The notes: generated by a model from the letters alone, not told the origin. A stretch of DNA of 64,000 nt from an uncultured Gemmatimonadales bacterium (GCA_963741945.1 CAVUKA010000005.1:1-64000), one strand, 5' to 3'; positions 49,582-60,443 are shown, counted from the stretch's first letter. Numbers and translations are program-made.

Positions 49582-50957
49582 GGCAGGCGCTGGTGGATTT
49601 CGACGGTCCCGATGCCGAGCTCGCGGAGCGGGTCGGCCACGCGCTCCGCGTCGCCGACCACGATCACGGCCATGCGGTCGGGGCGAACGGCCTCGCTGGC
49701 CACGCGCAGCACTTCATTGCGGGAGACGGCCGCGATACGGTCCCGGTAGCTGGCGAAATAGTCGGCGGGAAGGCCGAACACCACGAGCTCCGCCAGCCGA
49801 CCGGCCACCGCCGAGGTGGTCTCGAGGCGGAGCGGGAAGATGCCGCGCAGATAGTCGCGGGCGGCGTCCATCTCGTCGTCGGTGGGGCCATCCTCGCGCA
49901 GCTCGCGGATCTCCGTGAGGATCGCTTCGATCGCGGGGGCGGTCACTTCCGTCGCCACCGCCGCGTCCACGGTGAACGGGCCCGGCTGCCTGCGGAACGC
50001 GAACCCGCTGCGGATGCCGTATGTGTACCCGTGACGCTCGCGCAGGCTCATGTTGAGTCGGCTCGTGAACGCGCCGCCCAGGATCGTGTTCATGACCACG
50101 AGCGGGAAGTAATCGGCCGTGCGGCGGTCCACGCCCACGTGCGCCAGGCGGAGCTCCGACTGCACCGACCCGGGCCGGTCCACCACGTACACCGTGGTCT
50201 CTTCGCGACGCGGGCGGACCCGGAACTCCCCGGCCATGGCCGCTGCGCCGCGCCAGTCGCCGAAGTGCTGCTCCACCACCGCGCGGGCGTGCTCCGGGTC
50301 CACGCGACCCGTGACGATGATGGCGGCGGAGCCGGCGGTGTAGCGCTCGCGGTGAAACGTCCGCAGCTGCTCGGGGCCGAGCGCCCGCACGGTGTCCTCG
50401 CGGCCGATGAGCGGACGGCCGTACGGGACACCGTCGTCGAACACGAAGCGCGCGGCGGCGTCGGAGGCGAGGGCGCCCGGCTCCTTGCGCCGCTGGAGGA
50501 TGTCCGCAAGCTGCTCGTCGCGCAGCCGCTCCACCTGGTCGGCGGGGAAGGACGGGTTGCGCACGACATCCGCGAGCAGCGCCATGGCGGGCTCCAGCCG
50601 GTCCGCGTGGACCGTGATCCCGATGGAGGCCGCATCCCAGCTGGCGGCGGTCTCGATCTCGATGCCGAGACGCTCCAGCTCCCACGCCAGCGCGTCGACA
50701 TCGCGCGTGGTGGTGCCGGCTTCGAGCGCTTCCGCCGTCAGCCGCGCCACCCCAGCCAGCTCCGGCGGCTCGGCATCGGCACCGCCCCGGACGATCACTT
50801 CCGCCGTGACGAGCGGGAGGTCCCCGTGCGACGCCACGAGCAGCTCGGGCGTCTGCTCGCCACCCGGCCGATTGCGATGGACGGTGGGGAAATCGAAGGG
50901 CTTCACCGGGCCGGGCTCCGGCGCGCGGCCGCGGTCCAGCATCGAGCGCGTGCTCAT
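49578..50957 (-). CDS. M16 peptidase family, non-catalytic subunit
   Basis: ILGGAFTSRL...LRE.HGYTY; no HxxEH motif. Confidence 0.88.
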   Translation of the reverse strand: MSTRSMLDRGRAPEPGPVKPFDFPTVHRNRPGGEQTPELLVASHGDLPLVTAEVIVRGGADAEPPELAGVARLTAEALEAGTTTRDVDALAWELERLGIEIETAASWDAASIGITVHADRLEPAMALLADVVRNPSFPADQVERLRDEQLADILQRRKEPGALASDAAARFVFDDGVPYGRPLIGREDTVRALGPEQLRTFHRERYTAGSAAIIVTGRVDPEHARAVVEQHFGDWRGAAAMAGEFRVRPRREETTVYVVDRPGSVQSELRLAHVGVDRRTADYFPLVVMNTILGGAFTSRLNMSLRERHGYTYGIRSGFAFRRQPGPFTVDAAVATEVTAPAIEAILTEIRELREDGPTDDEMDAARDYLRGIFPLRLETTSAVAGRLAELVVFGLPADYFASYRDRIAAVSRNEVLRVASEAVRPDRMAVIVVGDAERVADPLRELGIGTVEIHQRLP

Positions 50958-52228
50958 GCCTCCCCTCCTTCCGGCACGTAGACCAGCGTGGCGGCGCTGT
51001 CCGCGCCGAGGTGGCGGGCGGCCACGTCACGAACATCCTCCGCACGCACGGCACGGACCCGCCCGATCTCCGTGTTCACCCGTCCCGGGTCATCGAACAG
51101 GCACGTGTGCATCGACAGCTGGTCCGCCCGCTCGCCCGCCTGCTGCAGCTCCTGCAGCTGGCGCGACTCGATCAGGCGGACCGCGCGCGTCACTTCCTGC
51201 TCCTCCACGTCCGACAGCGCCGCCAGCTCCTCATCCAACCCCGCCTCCAGCGCTTCCACGGATACGCCCGGACGCGCCGTGGCCCACACCGCCAGCATCG
51301 CCGCGCCCACCACGATGGGAAACGCGAACGCGGCGACGTCCTGCGCCAGCCGCCGCTCCCGCACCAGCCGCCGCTCCAGCCGCGACGCCTTCCCCCACGC
51401 CAGCACGTGCGCGCCCACGGCCGCGGCATACCAGTCGTCCTCGCCGTACGGGGCGATCCGGTGCGCCCGGTACACGCGCGGCAGCGATATGTCCTGCGTC
51501 TGGACGTCCCGGACCGGGGCCTCGAGCGTGGTCGGGATGGAGGTGCGCCCGGGGACCGACGGAACCGGGTCGCCCGCCGGGATGTCTTCGAAGAAATGGC
51601 GCACGCGCTCGAGCGCGCGGCCCTCGTCCACGTCCCCGCACACCGTCAGCACCGCGTTGTTCGGCCGGTAGTAGGTCCGGAAGAAGGCTTCCACGTCCTC
51701 CAGAGACGCTGCGTCCAGGTCCTCCATCGACCCGATCACCGAGTGATGGTACGGGTGATCCGGGGGGTAGACCATCGCCTGCAGCCGCTCGTCCCAGTCA
51801 CCGTACGGCTGGTTGTCCACTCGCCAGCGCCGCTCGTTCTTCACCACGTCACGCTGGTTGTCCAGCTTCTCCTGGGTCATGGCGTCCAGCAGCCACCCCA
51901 GTCGGTCCGACTCGAGCCACAACCCCAGGTCGAGGTAGTTGGCCGGAAGCGTCTCGAAGTAGTTCGTTCGATCGAGCCACGTGGAGCCGTTCAGCGATCC
52001 GCCCGCCCGCTCGATGAACGCGAAATGCCCCGCCTCCGGCACGTGTCCCGACCCCTGGAACATCATGTGCTCGAACAGGTGCGCGAACCCCGTTCGCCCC
52101 GGCTGCTCATCCCGCGAGCCCACGCGATACCACAGGTTCACCGCCACCACCGGGGCCCCGGGATCGGGAGAAAGGACCACTTCAAGGCCGTTGTCCAGCC
52201 GGTGTCGTGAGAAGGGTATTTCGATCAT
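50954..52228 (-). CDS. M16 zinc peptidase, catalytic subunit
   Basis: GFAHLFEHMMFQGS, NGST..DRTNY and VKNERR motifs. Confidence 0.92.
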   Translation of the reverse strand: MIEIPFSRHRLDNGLEVVLSPDPGAPVVAVNLWYRVGSRDEQPGRTGFAHLFEHMMFQGSGHVPEAGHFAFIERAGGSLNGSTWLDRTNYFETLPANYLDLGLWLESDRLGWLLDAMTQEKLDNQRDVVKNERRWRVDNQPYGDWDERLQAMVYPPDHPYHHSVIGSMEDLDAASLEDVEAFFRTYYRPNNAVLTVCGDVDEGRALERVRHFFEDIPAGDPVPSVPGRTSIPTTLEAPVRDVQTQDISLPRVYRAHRIAPYGEDDWYAAAVGAHVLAWGKASRLERRLVRERRLAQDVAAFAFPIVVGAAMLAVWATARPGVSVEALEAGLDEELAALSDVEEQEVTRAVRLIESRQLQELQQAGERADQLSMHTCLFDDPGRVNTEIGRVRAVRAEDVRDVAARHLGADSAATLVYVPEGGEA

Positions 52229-52276
52229 TGTAGCGCCTCGACGGGAAGAGCTCGACGAGGCGGAAACGTAGACGCA

Positions 52277-52316
52277 ACGCGCGCCGCCGGGCAACCCATG
52301 CCCGACGACGCGCGCT
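52277..52316 (-). terminator. Hairpin downstream of the lipoprotein gene
   Basis: Minus strand GCGCGCGTCGTCGGGCA / TGCCCGGCGGCGCGCG with G-U pairs. Confidence 0.5.
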
Positions 52317-52322
52317 CATGCC

Positions 52323-52712
52323 TCACCGCACCGCATAGCTCGACAGCGGGAGGTAGTTCTCCAGTGTCCAGTAGACCGCGTCGCCCGGCTGCACCATGAT
52401 CTGGTCCGTGGTCCGCGCAGCGTCCGACCCGATCAGCTCGGCCCGCAGCTGCACGCTCCCCGGCCGCATGTCCCCCGGCGGGACCGTGAACCGCTTCGTG
52501 TGCATGCTCGTTACAGTCCCCAGCCGCACCCAGGGACCCTCGCCCACCGCGTAGATGGTCGCGTCCTGCCAGTTGTCGTTCTGGACCACCACCCCCACCC
52601 CGTCACTCATGGTGGCTTCCGCGTTTCTCCCACCCGTGAATGTCGAACAACCTGTCACGCCCACTGCCAGAACCAGTGCGCCCAGGACCGCACTCCTCGT
52701 GTGTTGCCACAT
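52323..52712 (-). CDS. Small beta-rich lipoprotein
   Basis: Lipobox VTGC; GGAGG upstream; 129 aa. Confidence 0.8.
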   Translation of the reverse strand: MWQHTRSAVLGALVLAVGVTGCSTFTGGRNAEATMSDGVGVVVQNDNWQDATIYAVGEGPWVRLGTVTSMHTKRFTVPPGDMRPGSVQLRAELIGSDAARTTDQIMVQPGDAVYWTLENYLPLSSYAVR

Positions 52713-52789
52713 ACGTCTTCACCCTCCATCACAAACGAGAAAGGGACCCGCGTTCACGGGCCCCTTCACCTCTTCATTGTCTTGCCATG

Positions 52790-52806
52790 TGCATGGGTCG
52801 TGCCGG
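52790..52806 (-). promoter_or_regulatory. Putative sigma-54 promoter for the lipoprotein gene
   Basis: CCGGCACG-ACCC-ATGCA, giving GG-N10-GC spacing. Confidence 0.5.
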
Positions 52807-53345
52807 CCCGTCTCCGGTAGATCCAGTGGCGACACATGCCCGTCGCTCCAATGCATTTGGGGGCCCGAATGCCTGATAAGACGCGCCTGATCACGATAGC
52901 ATTGACTTGGATCGCGTCTGCACCCATTTTGGCGGGCCTCCCCGCGCACGGCTCTCCATGGCGGCGGAGATTGATGCTGTCCAGGGCCGTGGCACACCGT
53001 TCACGCGCCCACCCGAGGACGGCCGGACAGACGGAGCGCCGAGGCCCCTTGCGGCGGTCCCTGGATTTCTGCGATGCAGCAGGCTCGCCCACGCGAAACC
53101 GGCGAATGTGCCGGCTCCCGCGCCGCGGTCCCGTACCGGAGGCGAGCCTTTTTGCATCCAGCGGGGCCATCCCGGGCCACCGCGAAGGCATCATCGGCCC
53201 ATTTCACCGCGCGCAGACTCGCGCCAGAACGGGATCCCGGACAGAGGAGACACGAGCCAGTCGAACGAACCAGCCTTGAAGAGAGCTGGCGGGGTGAAGT
53301 GCGCCTGCCGGTCCTGCAACGAACAAGAGCTACAAAGGAAGAACG

Positions 53346-56300
53346 ATGAGACTTGGAAGTCTGAAGGCCGTAGCGGCCCTTGCCGTGGTGCTGGCGGGGC
53401 TGAGCATGGCCGCGACGCCCCTCGTCGCACAGTCGACGGGAACGATCCGGGGGCAGGTTGTGGAGAGCTCGACGCAGCGCCCGATGGCGGGTGTGCAGGT
53501 GGCGATCCCGGACACGCGCCAGGGAGCGCTGACGAACCAGCAGGGGAACTACCTCATCATGAACGTGCCGGTCGGGAGCCATCCCGTATCGGTACAGATC
53601 ATCGGGTATGCCACGGTGGAGGCCACCGTGGAAGTGCAGGCCGGGCAGGCGACGGATCTGAACTTCACGCTGAGCCAGTCGGCGATCCAGCTGGACGGGC
53701 TGGTGGTGACGGGGACGCCGGGGGCCACGCAGAAGCGGGCGCTGGGCAACACGGTGAGCACCATCGCGGCGGAGGAGCTGACGGACGTGACGCCGATCAC
53801 GACGGTGTCGCAGATGCTGGAAGGCCGCACGCCCGGGCTGACGGTGATGGCCGCGTCCGGGCAGGTGGGCACGGCGCCGAACATCCGGATCCGCGGGGCG
53901 AGCTCGTTGAACGCGGGGATCCAGCCGGTCTTCTACGTGGACGGCGTGCGGGTGAACTCGTCATCGCAGGGCGGCTACGGCACCAGCAACAACACGGTGC
54001 GTGAGACGTCGGCGCTGGATAACCTGAACCCGCAGGACATCGAGTCCATCGAGGTGATCAAGGGCCCGGCGGCGGCCACGCTGTATGGCGCGGACGCGGC
54101 GGCGGGCGTGATCCAGATCATCACGAAGAAGGGGCGCGCGGGTCAGCAGGACGTGGAGTGGGCCGGTCGCGTGGAGTACGGTCAGAGCGACTGGGCGCTC
54201 GACATGAAGACGAACTACACGCTGTGCACGGATGCGCGGATCAACGACTCGCGCCACCGGTGGCCCGGCTGTGAGGGGATGGACCCGAACGCGGACTGGC
54301 AGAGCCGTCTGCTGACGGGGCAGCCGTTGAGGGACGACAACGTGCTCCGCAATGGCGCGGTGACGAACTACCATCTCTCGGCACGCGGCGGTGGCGACCG
54401 CTACTCGTTCTACCTGGCCGGTGACAAGGGTTCGGAAGAGGGCGTGTTCCCGAACAACTACTTCAACCGGACGAACGGCCGGGCGAACTTCACGATCCTG
54501 CCGTACGAGTCGCTGACGCTGCAGTTCTCGACGCAGTACAGCCAGAGCGAGAGCCAGCAGCCGAACAACGACAACTCGTCGAACGGCTGGCTGCGCAACG
54601 CGTACCGCGGTCTTCCCGGCAACGACGCGCCGTGGGCGCCGGGCTGGCGGGGGCTCGGTCCCGAGCAGATCGCCATGTACGACAACTCGATCAAGAACGA
54701 GCGGTGGATCCTGGGCGCGACGGCGGACTACAAGCCGTTCGACTGGTTCCGTCACCACCTGACGGTGGGCATGGACGCCGGTCAGCGCATCAACACGCTG
54801 TTCTACCCCATCGACCGGACGGGGCGCGCGCCGTTCGGCGCCAGCAACGCCAACGGCTACATCGCCCAGTACATGCCCGCCACGCGGGACTACACGGTGG
54901 ACTATTCCGGTACGATCGACACCGGTCTCCCGTTCGGTGAGGACATCACGTCGTCGCTGTCGTTCGGGATGCAGTACCTGACGCAGTACTTCCACTCGCC
55001 CGAGATCGTGGGCGAGGGGCTGGTGGCCGACCCGGTCCGGCTGGTGAGCAACGCGGCCACGACGCGGGCGTACGAGGGCCGGACGGAGCAGAAGTCCCTG
55101 GGCTTCTTCGCCCAGGAGCAGATCGGGTGGAAGAACCGCCGCTTCATCACGGCGGGGCTGCGCGTGGACGACCACTCGGCGTTCGGGCGCAACTTCTCCC
55201 TCATCTACTACCCGAAGGTCGCCGGCTCGTGGGTGATCTCTGAGGAGCCCTTCTTCAACTTCGACTTCATCAACAACCTGCGGCTGCGCGCCTCCTACGG
55301 GCAGGCGGGCAACGCGCCGGCGCCGTTCACGGCGGACCGGACGTACGGCGCGTCGAGCGTCATCCTCGAGGATGGCAGCATCGCCTCCGCGCTGATCCCG
55401 GACTCCTACGGCAACCCGGACCTGAAGGCGGAGCGGGGCGAGGAGTACGAGGCCGGCTTCGACGCGTCGTTCCTCAATGACGCCGTCGGCGTGGAGGTCA
55501 CGTACTACAACAACACGACGAAGGACGCGCTGATCACCGTGCCGGTGGCGCCGTCCACGGGCTTCACGGGCTCGCGCTGGGAGAACATCGGCGAGATCCA
55601 CAACACGGGGCTGGAGCTGTCCGTGTTCGGCACGCCGATCCGCAAGCCGACGTTCTCGTGGGACGTGCGGGTGGGCCTGTCCACGAACCACAACGAGCTG
55701 GTCTCGCTGGGCGGCTCCCGTGACTTCATCCCGGTGGGCTACCGGAGCGTGCAGCGCCACCAGGAGGGCTTCCCCCTGGCCGGCTACTGGGCCGAGCAGA
55801 TCCTGTACAACGCCGACGGTACGGTGATGCGGGATGCGGGCGGGGACATCATGCTGAGCGACACCATGGACTACGTGGGTCCGTCGGTGCCCACGCGTGA
55901 GGCATCGCTGACGAACACGTTCACGGTGTTCCACAACCTGTCCCTGTACACGTTCATGGACTACAAGGGCGGGCACTACCTGTTCAACATGGGCGGCCAG
56001 ACGGCCGTGTGGGACGGCAACGCGAAGATCGCCAACGACCCCACCGTGACGGACGACGAGTGGGATGTGGCGTACGACGGCGGCAACCGTCCGTACCTGG
56101 AGAAGGCCGACTACGTGAAGCTGCGCGAGGTGTCGCTCCGTTACTCCCTGCCCACGCGCTGGGCAAGCCTGTTCCGGACGAACTCCATGTCGTTCACGCT
56201 CGCCGGCCGCAACCTGGCGCTGTGGACGAAGTACAGCGGGAGCGACCCCGAGGTGAACATCGGTGGATCGTCGAACTCCACGCGGGCCGACTACATGTCC

Positions 56301-56348
56301 GTGCCGATGATGCGCCAGTTCTCGGCTTCCATCGACTTCCGCTTCTAG
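53346..56348 (+). CDS. SusC/RagA TonB-dependent transporter
   Basis: Carboxypeptidase-like N-domain; IRIRGASS, DIESIEVIKGPAAATLYG and GNPDLKAE motifs; C-terminal Phe. Confidence 0.95.
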   Translation: MRLGSLKAVAALAVVLAGLSMAATPLVAQSTGTIRGQVVESSTQRPMAGVQVAIPDTRQGALTNQQGNYLIMNVPVGSHPVSVQIIGYATVEATVEVQAGQATDLNFTLSQSAIQLDGLVVTGTPGATQKRALGNTVSTIAAEELTDVTPITTVSQMLEGRTPGLTVMAASGQVGTAPNIRIRGASSLNAGIQPVFYVDGVRVNSSSQGGYGTSNNTVRETSALDNLNPQDIESIEVIKGPAAATLYGADAAAGVIQIITKKGRAGQQDVEWAGRVEYGQSDWALDMKTNYTLCTDARINDSRHRWPGCEGMDPNADWQSRLLTGQPLRDDNVLRNGAVTNYHLSARGGGDRYSFYLAGDKGSEEGVFPNNYFNRTNGRANFTILPYESLTLQFSTQYSQSESQQPNNDNSSNGWLRNAYRGLPGNDAPWAPGWRGLGPEQIAMYDNSIKNERWILGATADYKPFDWFRHHLTVGMDAGQRINTLFYPIDRTGRAPFGASNANGYIAQYMPATRDYTVDYSGTIDTGLPFGEDITSSLSFGMQYLTQYFHSPEIVGEGLVADPVRLVSNAATTRAYEGRTEQKSLGFFAQEQIGWKNRRFITAGLRVDDHSAFGRNFSLIYYPKVAGSWVISEEPFFNFDFINNLRLRASYGQAGNAPAPFTADRTYGASSVILEDGSIASALIPDSYGNPDLKAERGEEYEAGFDASFLNDAVGVEVTYYNNTTKDALITVPVAPSTGFTGSRWENIGEIHNTGLELSVFGTPIRKPTFSWDVRVGLSTNHNELVSLGGSRDFIPVGYRSVQRHQEGFPLAGYWAEQILYNADGTVMRDAGGDIMLSDTMDYVGPSVPTREASLTNTFTVFHNLSLYTFMDYKGGHYLFNMGGQTAVWDGNAKIANDPTVTDDEWDVAYDGGNRPYLEKADYVKLREVSLRYSLPTRWASLFRTNSMSFTLAGRNLALWTKYSGSDPEVNIGGSSNSTRADYMSVPMMRQFSASIDFRF

Positions 56349-56374
56349 TGCCGACCATGAGAGAAGAAATGACG

Positions 56375-57664
56375 ATGTCTAGACTTTTCGCACGACGAGC
56401 GGCGATCGGCGCGGCCGTCATCGGCCTCGCCGCAGGCCTGGGCGGCTGCGACTCCATGCTCGACGTGGAGAATCCGGGCGCCATCAACGAGGCGAACGTC
56501 ACCGACCCGGACTTCGCGCCGCAGATGATGAACGCGGCGATCAACACGTTCCAGGAGAACTTCGGCTTCCTGATCTGGGCGGGGGCGATCTTCACGGACG
56601 AGGCGGTGAACGGTCACAACTACGAGCAGTGGCAGGACCTCGACCTCCGCATCGTGGAGGACGACAACTCGCAGCTGTCGGTGATCTACGAGGACCTGCA
56701 GCAGGCCCGCGCCACGGGCGATGACATGGTGGCGCGCCTGCGCGATGTGGTGGAGAACCCGTCCAGCAGCCTGGAGCTGGCCACGGCCCTGACGTACACG
56801 GGCATCTCCTACACCTTCCTGGCCGAGTACTTCTGCTACGCGCCGGTGGAGGCGGACGGGGAGGCGATCCGGTCGGACGCCATCTTCCTGAAGGCGGTGG
56901 AGCGCTTCGATGAGGCGATCCAGATCGCGCAGGGGTTGGGCGCGGACGGCGCCCACATCCTGAACCTGGCCCGGATGGGCGCGGCTCGCGCTTCCCTCGG
57001 TGCCGGCAACCTGTCGGCCGCGTCGTCGTACGCGCAGGCGGTTCCGGCCGACTTCGTGGTGTGGGTCCGTCATACCGACAGCCCCACCGCGCTGCGCAAC
57101 TACTTGTGGGGCCAGACGACGGGGACGAACACGACCATCGGCGTGGACGTGAAGTTCCGCGGGCTCAACGACACGCGCGTGCGGCACGCGGCGAACGCCA
57201 CCACGGGGCACAATCAGAAGACGCTCCTGTGGCTCCCGTTCCAGGGTGAGTCGTATGACGGCTGGACGGCCGATGGGCCGGATGCGCCGTTCGCGGCCAA
57301 CACCTCCATCCGGCTCGCGTCGGGGCTGGAGGCTCGCTACATCGTGGCCGAGGCCGGCGGAATGTCCGACACCGCGCTCCGCGCGTTCATCGACGAGCGC
57401 CGTGCCGTGGGCGGTCAGGACCCGTTCACCGGCACCGACCTCGCGGCGGAGCTGCGCGATCAGCGGCGGCGCGACTTCTTCCTCGACGGGCATCGCCTCG
57501 GCGACATCCGGCGCTATCTCGGCGCCTATGGCGTGAACGAGTTCCCGACCGGGCCGCACCCGAACGATGCCGACTGGGGCTGGGGCAACTACGGGACGGC
57601 CACCTGCTTCATCCCTCATCGGGACGAGTCGGTGGGCAACCCGAACTACCGGCCGCTCGACTGA
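56375..57664 (+). CDS. SusD/RagB-like lipoprotein
   Basis: Lipobox LGGC-D..LDVENP; QRRRDFFLDGHRLGDIRR. Confidence 0.88.
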   Translation: MSRLFARRAAIGAAVIGLAAGLGGCDSMLDVENPGAINEANVTDPDFAPQMMNAAINTFQENFGFLIWAGAIFTDEAVNGHNYEQWQDLDLRIVEDDNSQLSVIYEDLQQARATGDDMVARLRDVVENPSSSLELATALTYTGISYTFLAEYFCYAPVEADGEAIRSDAIFLKAVERFDEAIQIAQGLGADGAHILNLARMGAARASLGAGNLSAASSYAQAVPADFVVWVRHTDSPTALRNYLWGQTTGTNTTIGVDVKFRGLNDTRVRHAANATTGHNQKTLLWLPFQGESYDGWTADGPDAPFAANTSIRLASGLEARYIVAEAGGMSDTALRAFIDERRAVGGQDPFTGTDLAAELRDQRRRDFFLDGHRLGDIRRYLGAYGVNEFPTGPHPNDADWGWGNYGTATCFIPHRDESVGNPNYRPLD

Positions 57665-57693
57665 CGAGAGAGCCGGCAGAGAGCGGGAATGAA

Positions 57694-57728
57694 GGAGGCC
57701 CGGCGAGCGCGAGCTCGCCGGGCCTTCC
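57694..57728. terminator. Hairpin between convergent genes
   Basis: AGGCCCGGCGAG / CTCGCCGGGCCT stem. Confidence 0.7.
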
Positions 57729-57752
57729 CCGTTCCGGCTGCGCGCGCCCGGC

Positions 57753-58628
57753 TCAGAGCGGCTGCGCCAGACGCTCCCGCAGCACCGAGGGTCCAATGCT
57801 CGTCTTGAGCAGGCGAACCGCCGCGTCCTGACCGGACCGGATGGCGCTCTCGGCTTCCTCCAGCATCTTGATGTCCGCCCCCTCCACCGCGTACTCGGAC
57901 CTCGCCAGGAGGTCCTCGGCCGCCTCCTCCCAGCCGACGCTCGCGGCGGCCAGGGAGCCGATGATCATCGCCTCGCCGTCATCCTCCCGCTCCTGCGCGG
58001 CGCGCACGAGCTCCTCCGCAGCCTCCTCCATCCGCTCGAGCTCCGAGAGGACCAGGCCGTGGAGCAGGCGAGTCCAGGAGTCGTCGGGAGCGAGGACGAG
58101 GGCCTCCTCTAGCTCGAGCGATCCCTCCTCGGCCGCGCCGCGAAGGACGTGGGCCGCGCCGAGCTCGGCGCGGACAATGGGATCCTCGGGCGTGATGTCG
58201 CGGGCGGCCCGCAGCTGCTCGAGCGCCTCGTCGAACAGCCCCCGCCGGGAAAGGAATGCGCCGTAGTTCAGCCGGGCCAGCGGCAGGTCCGGAGCGGAGA
58301 GCGCGGCCGTCCGCAGCGCCGGCTCCGCATCAGGGTCGTCGAACTCGGCGAGCCCCGCCCCGGCCAGCGACAGGACGTGGGGATCGGTGGGTTCCTGGTC
58401 GACGCAGCGGCGGAACGCCTCGTACGCCGCGCCATCGTTCCCCAGCTCGCTTTCGGCGACCCCGAGCCAGCACAGGAGGTGCGGATCGTCCTCGTCGCGG
58501 TCGAGGCCATCGGCCAGGAGCTGCGCCATCTCCTCCCAGCGCCCCTCCTCTCCGAGCCCCAGCGCCTGCTGCAGGATGGCCTCCACCTCGCCCGTGGCTT
58601 CACCACCGTTGGCGCCGCGGGCACTCAT
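57753..58628 (-). CDS. Tetratricopeptide repeat protein
   Basis: Repeated A....P.D helical-turn motifs; start overlaps the apgM stop. Confidence 0.8.
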   Translation of the reverse strand: MSARGANGGEATGEVEAILQQALGLGEEGRWEEMAQLLADGLDRDEDDPHLLCWLGVAESELGNDGAAYEAFRRCVDQEPTDPHVLSLAGAGLAEFDDPDAEPALRTAALSAPDLPLARLNYGAFLSRRGLFDEALEQLRAARDITPEDPIVRAELGAAHVLRGAAEEGSLELEEALVLAPDDSWTRLLHGLVLSELERMEEAAEELVRAAQEREDDGEAMIIGSLAAASVGWEEAAEDLLARSEYAVEGADIKMLEEAESAIRSGQDAAVRLLKTSIGPSVLRERLAQPL

Positions 58629-59833
58629 GCGCCGAACTTCGCCAGCCGGAGGGCGTGCGCCAGCGCCAGCGTCATGAGGTGCCGGGCTTCGAAGATGCCG
58701 AGCTCGCCCCGGAGGCAGGCGCGCTCGCCGAAGCCGTCCACGTCGATGGGCCGGCACCATGGCGAAGCGATCATCACGGGCACCGGATGCCAGGAGTGGG
58801 CCCCGAGCCGGGCGGGTGTTGAGTGGTCACCCGTGACCACGATGACGTCGGGCTCCAGCGCCTCGACATCGGCCACCAGGGCATCCACGGCTTCGATGGC
58901 CGCCACCTTGGCGTCGAAGTCCCCGTCCTCGCCGCGGCTGTCCGTGTACTTGAAGTGGACGAAGGCGAAGTCGTGGCTCCCGAGCTGGCGAGCGAGCACG
59001 TCGATGCTCCCGGCGTCCGTGTCCGCGGCCGGGGCGATGTCCATGCCCAGGAGCCGCGCGACCCCGCGGTACATCGGGTATCGAGCGATGCACACCGCGC
59101 GGAGGCCGAAGCGCTCCTGGAGCGATGGATAGCGGTGGAAATTCGCGAAGCCGCGGGCCAGCACGCCGTTCGCCACCGGCTCGTCCTTCAGCACCGCGTT
59201 GGCCTGGTCCAGCACCGCCTGCACCGCGCGCGCCGTCCGCTCGCCATCGGGCGATGTCGGCTTCAGCGGCAGCGGCGGCACGCCCGTCTCCTGCGGGTCC
59301 GTGTCGGCCAGGTCCTCGGACAGGTTGGCGCCGCGCAGCACGAGCACCACACGGTGCTCCTTCTCCGATTCCCAGAACACTTCGACGCCGCCGACCTGGC
59401 TGACGGCCTCACGGAGCCGGGCGACGATGCGCGCGTTCTCCGCGTCCGAGGGCCGCCCCGCGCGCCGGTCCGCCACGTTCCCCTCGGCGTCGAAGGTGGC
59501 CAGGTTCAGGCGTGCCGCCAGGTCGCCGTGCTGGAGGTGGAAGTCCACGCCGAGCGCGCTGAGCACGCCCCGCCCGATGTTGTACCGCACCGGGTCGTAG
59601 CCGAACAGCGCCAGGTGGCCGGGACCACTGCCGGGGGCGATGCCCGGGGCCACGGGGGTGATCAATCCCAGCGCCGAGCGCTTCGCCAGGCGGTCCAGGT
59701 TCGGGGTCCGGGCCGTTTCCAGCTCCGTGCGGCCCGTCCGCTCGTTCGGGAGCCCGCCCAGCCCGTCCATGACCAGGTACACGATCTTGCCGCCATCCCG
59801 CTCGACGACGGCGTCGGGGAGAGTCACGTCCAT
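58625..59833 (-). CDS. apgM: 2,3-bisphosphoglycerate-independent phosphoglycerate mutase (ApgM type)
   Basis: DGLGG, TPNLD.LA, PGSGPGHL..FGY, HFKYTDSRGEDG and TGDHSTP...HSWHPVP motifs. Confidence 0.92.
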   Translation of the reverse strand: MDVTLPDAVVERDGGKIVYLVMDGLGGLPNERTGRTELETARTPNLDRLAKRSALGLITPVAPGIAPGSGPGHLALFGYDPVRYNIGRGVLSALGVDFHLQHGDLAARLNLATFDAEGNVADRRAGRPSDAENARIVARLREAVSQVGGVEVFWESEKEHRVVLVLRGANLSEDLADTDPQETGVPPLPLKPTSPDGERTARAVQAVLDQANAVLKDEPVANGVLARGFANFHRYPSLQERFGLRAVCIARYPMYRGVARLLGMDIAPAADTDAGSIDVLARQLGSHDFAFVHFKYTDSRGEDGDFDAKVAAIEAVDALVADVEALEPDVIVVTGDHSTPARLGAHSWHPVPVMIASPWCRPIDVDGFGERACLRGELGIFEARHLMTLALAHALRLAKFGA

Positions 59834-59942
59834 CGGTCGCTCCGCTCGAATCTTGGTGTCTTCCGGTCCCGTCCGCAGCGTGCACGGTCCGGGCCGGAAA
59901 AGGTAGGGGAGCGGGTTCCCCGGTGACAGGGGCGGGAGTGGG

Positions 59943-60443
59943 TCAGTCGACCGGTCGCTCGCTCAGGTAGGCGGCAAGCACCGGCTCGTTCGGGGATGCG
60001 CCGAACACCACGTCCGCCGCCAGCACGGCCACGCGCGTGGCCTCGCCGATGTCCGCCCCGCAGTCCACGAGCAGGAACTCCTCCACGGCGCCCGGCGACC
60101 CGGGGGGGACGGTCACGGCTTCGAACCCCCGCTCATCCAGCCGATGCTTCAGCTTCGGGTAGACGCTCCCCGTCCACGGGGCGAGCGGAAACGCGAACCG
60201 GAGCCCGCTCGTCCGGCGCTCCTCGTAGCGGGCGAACTGCACGAACCCATCACCTTCCGATCGACCCCGGCGGATCGTGAGCACGCTGCCGCGCGCGTCC
60301 CCGCGCAGCAGGCGGTCGAGGTGCCGCTCCAGTCCGGTCGGGCTCACACCCTCCCATAGATCGGCACCGGTGTGGGCCGTCCGCGACCACACCACACCCG
60401 CTCCGGCCATCAGCGCCAGCGCAACGACCAGCAGCCACGACAT
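59943..60443 (-). CDS. Hypothetical membrane-anchored protein
   Basis: N-terminal hydrophobic segment; GGAGG upstream. Confidence 0.6.
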   Translation of the reverse strand: MSWLLVVALALMAGAGVVWSRTAHTGADLWEGVSPTGLERHLDRLLRGDARGSVLTIRRGRSEGDGFVQFARYEERRTSGLRFAFPLAPWTGSVYPKLKHRLDERGFEAVTVPPGSPGAVEEFLLVDCGADIGEATRVAVLAADVVFGASPNEPVLAAYLSERPVD

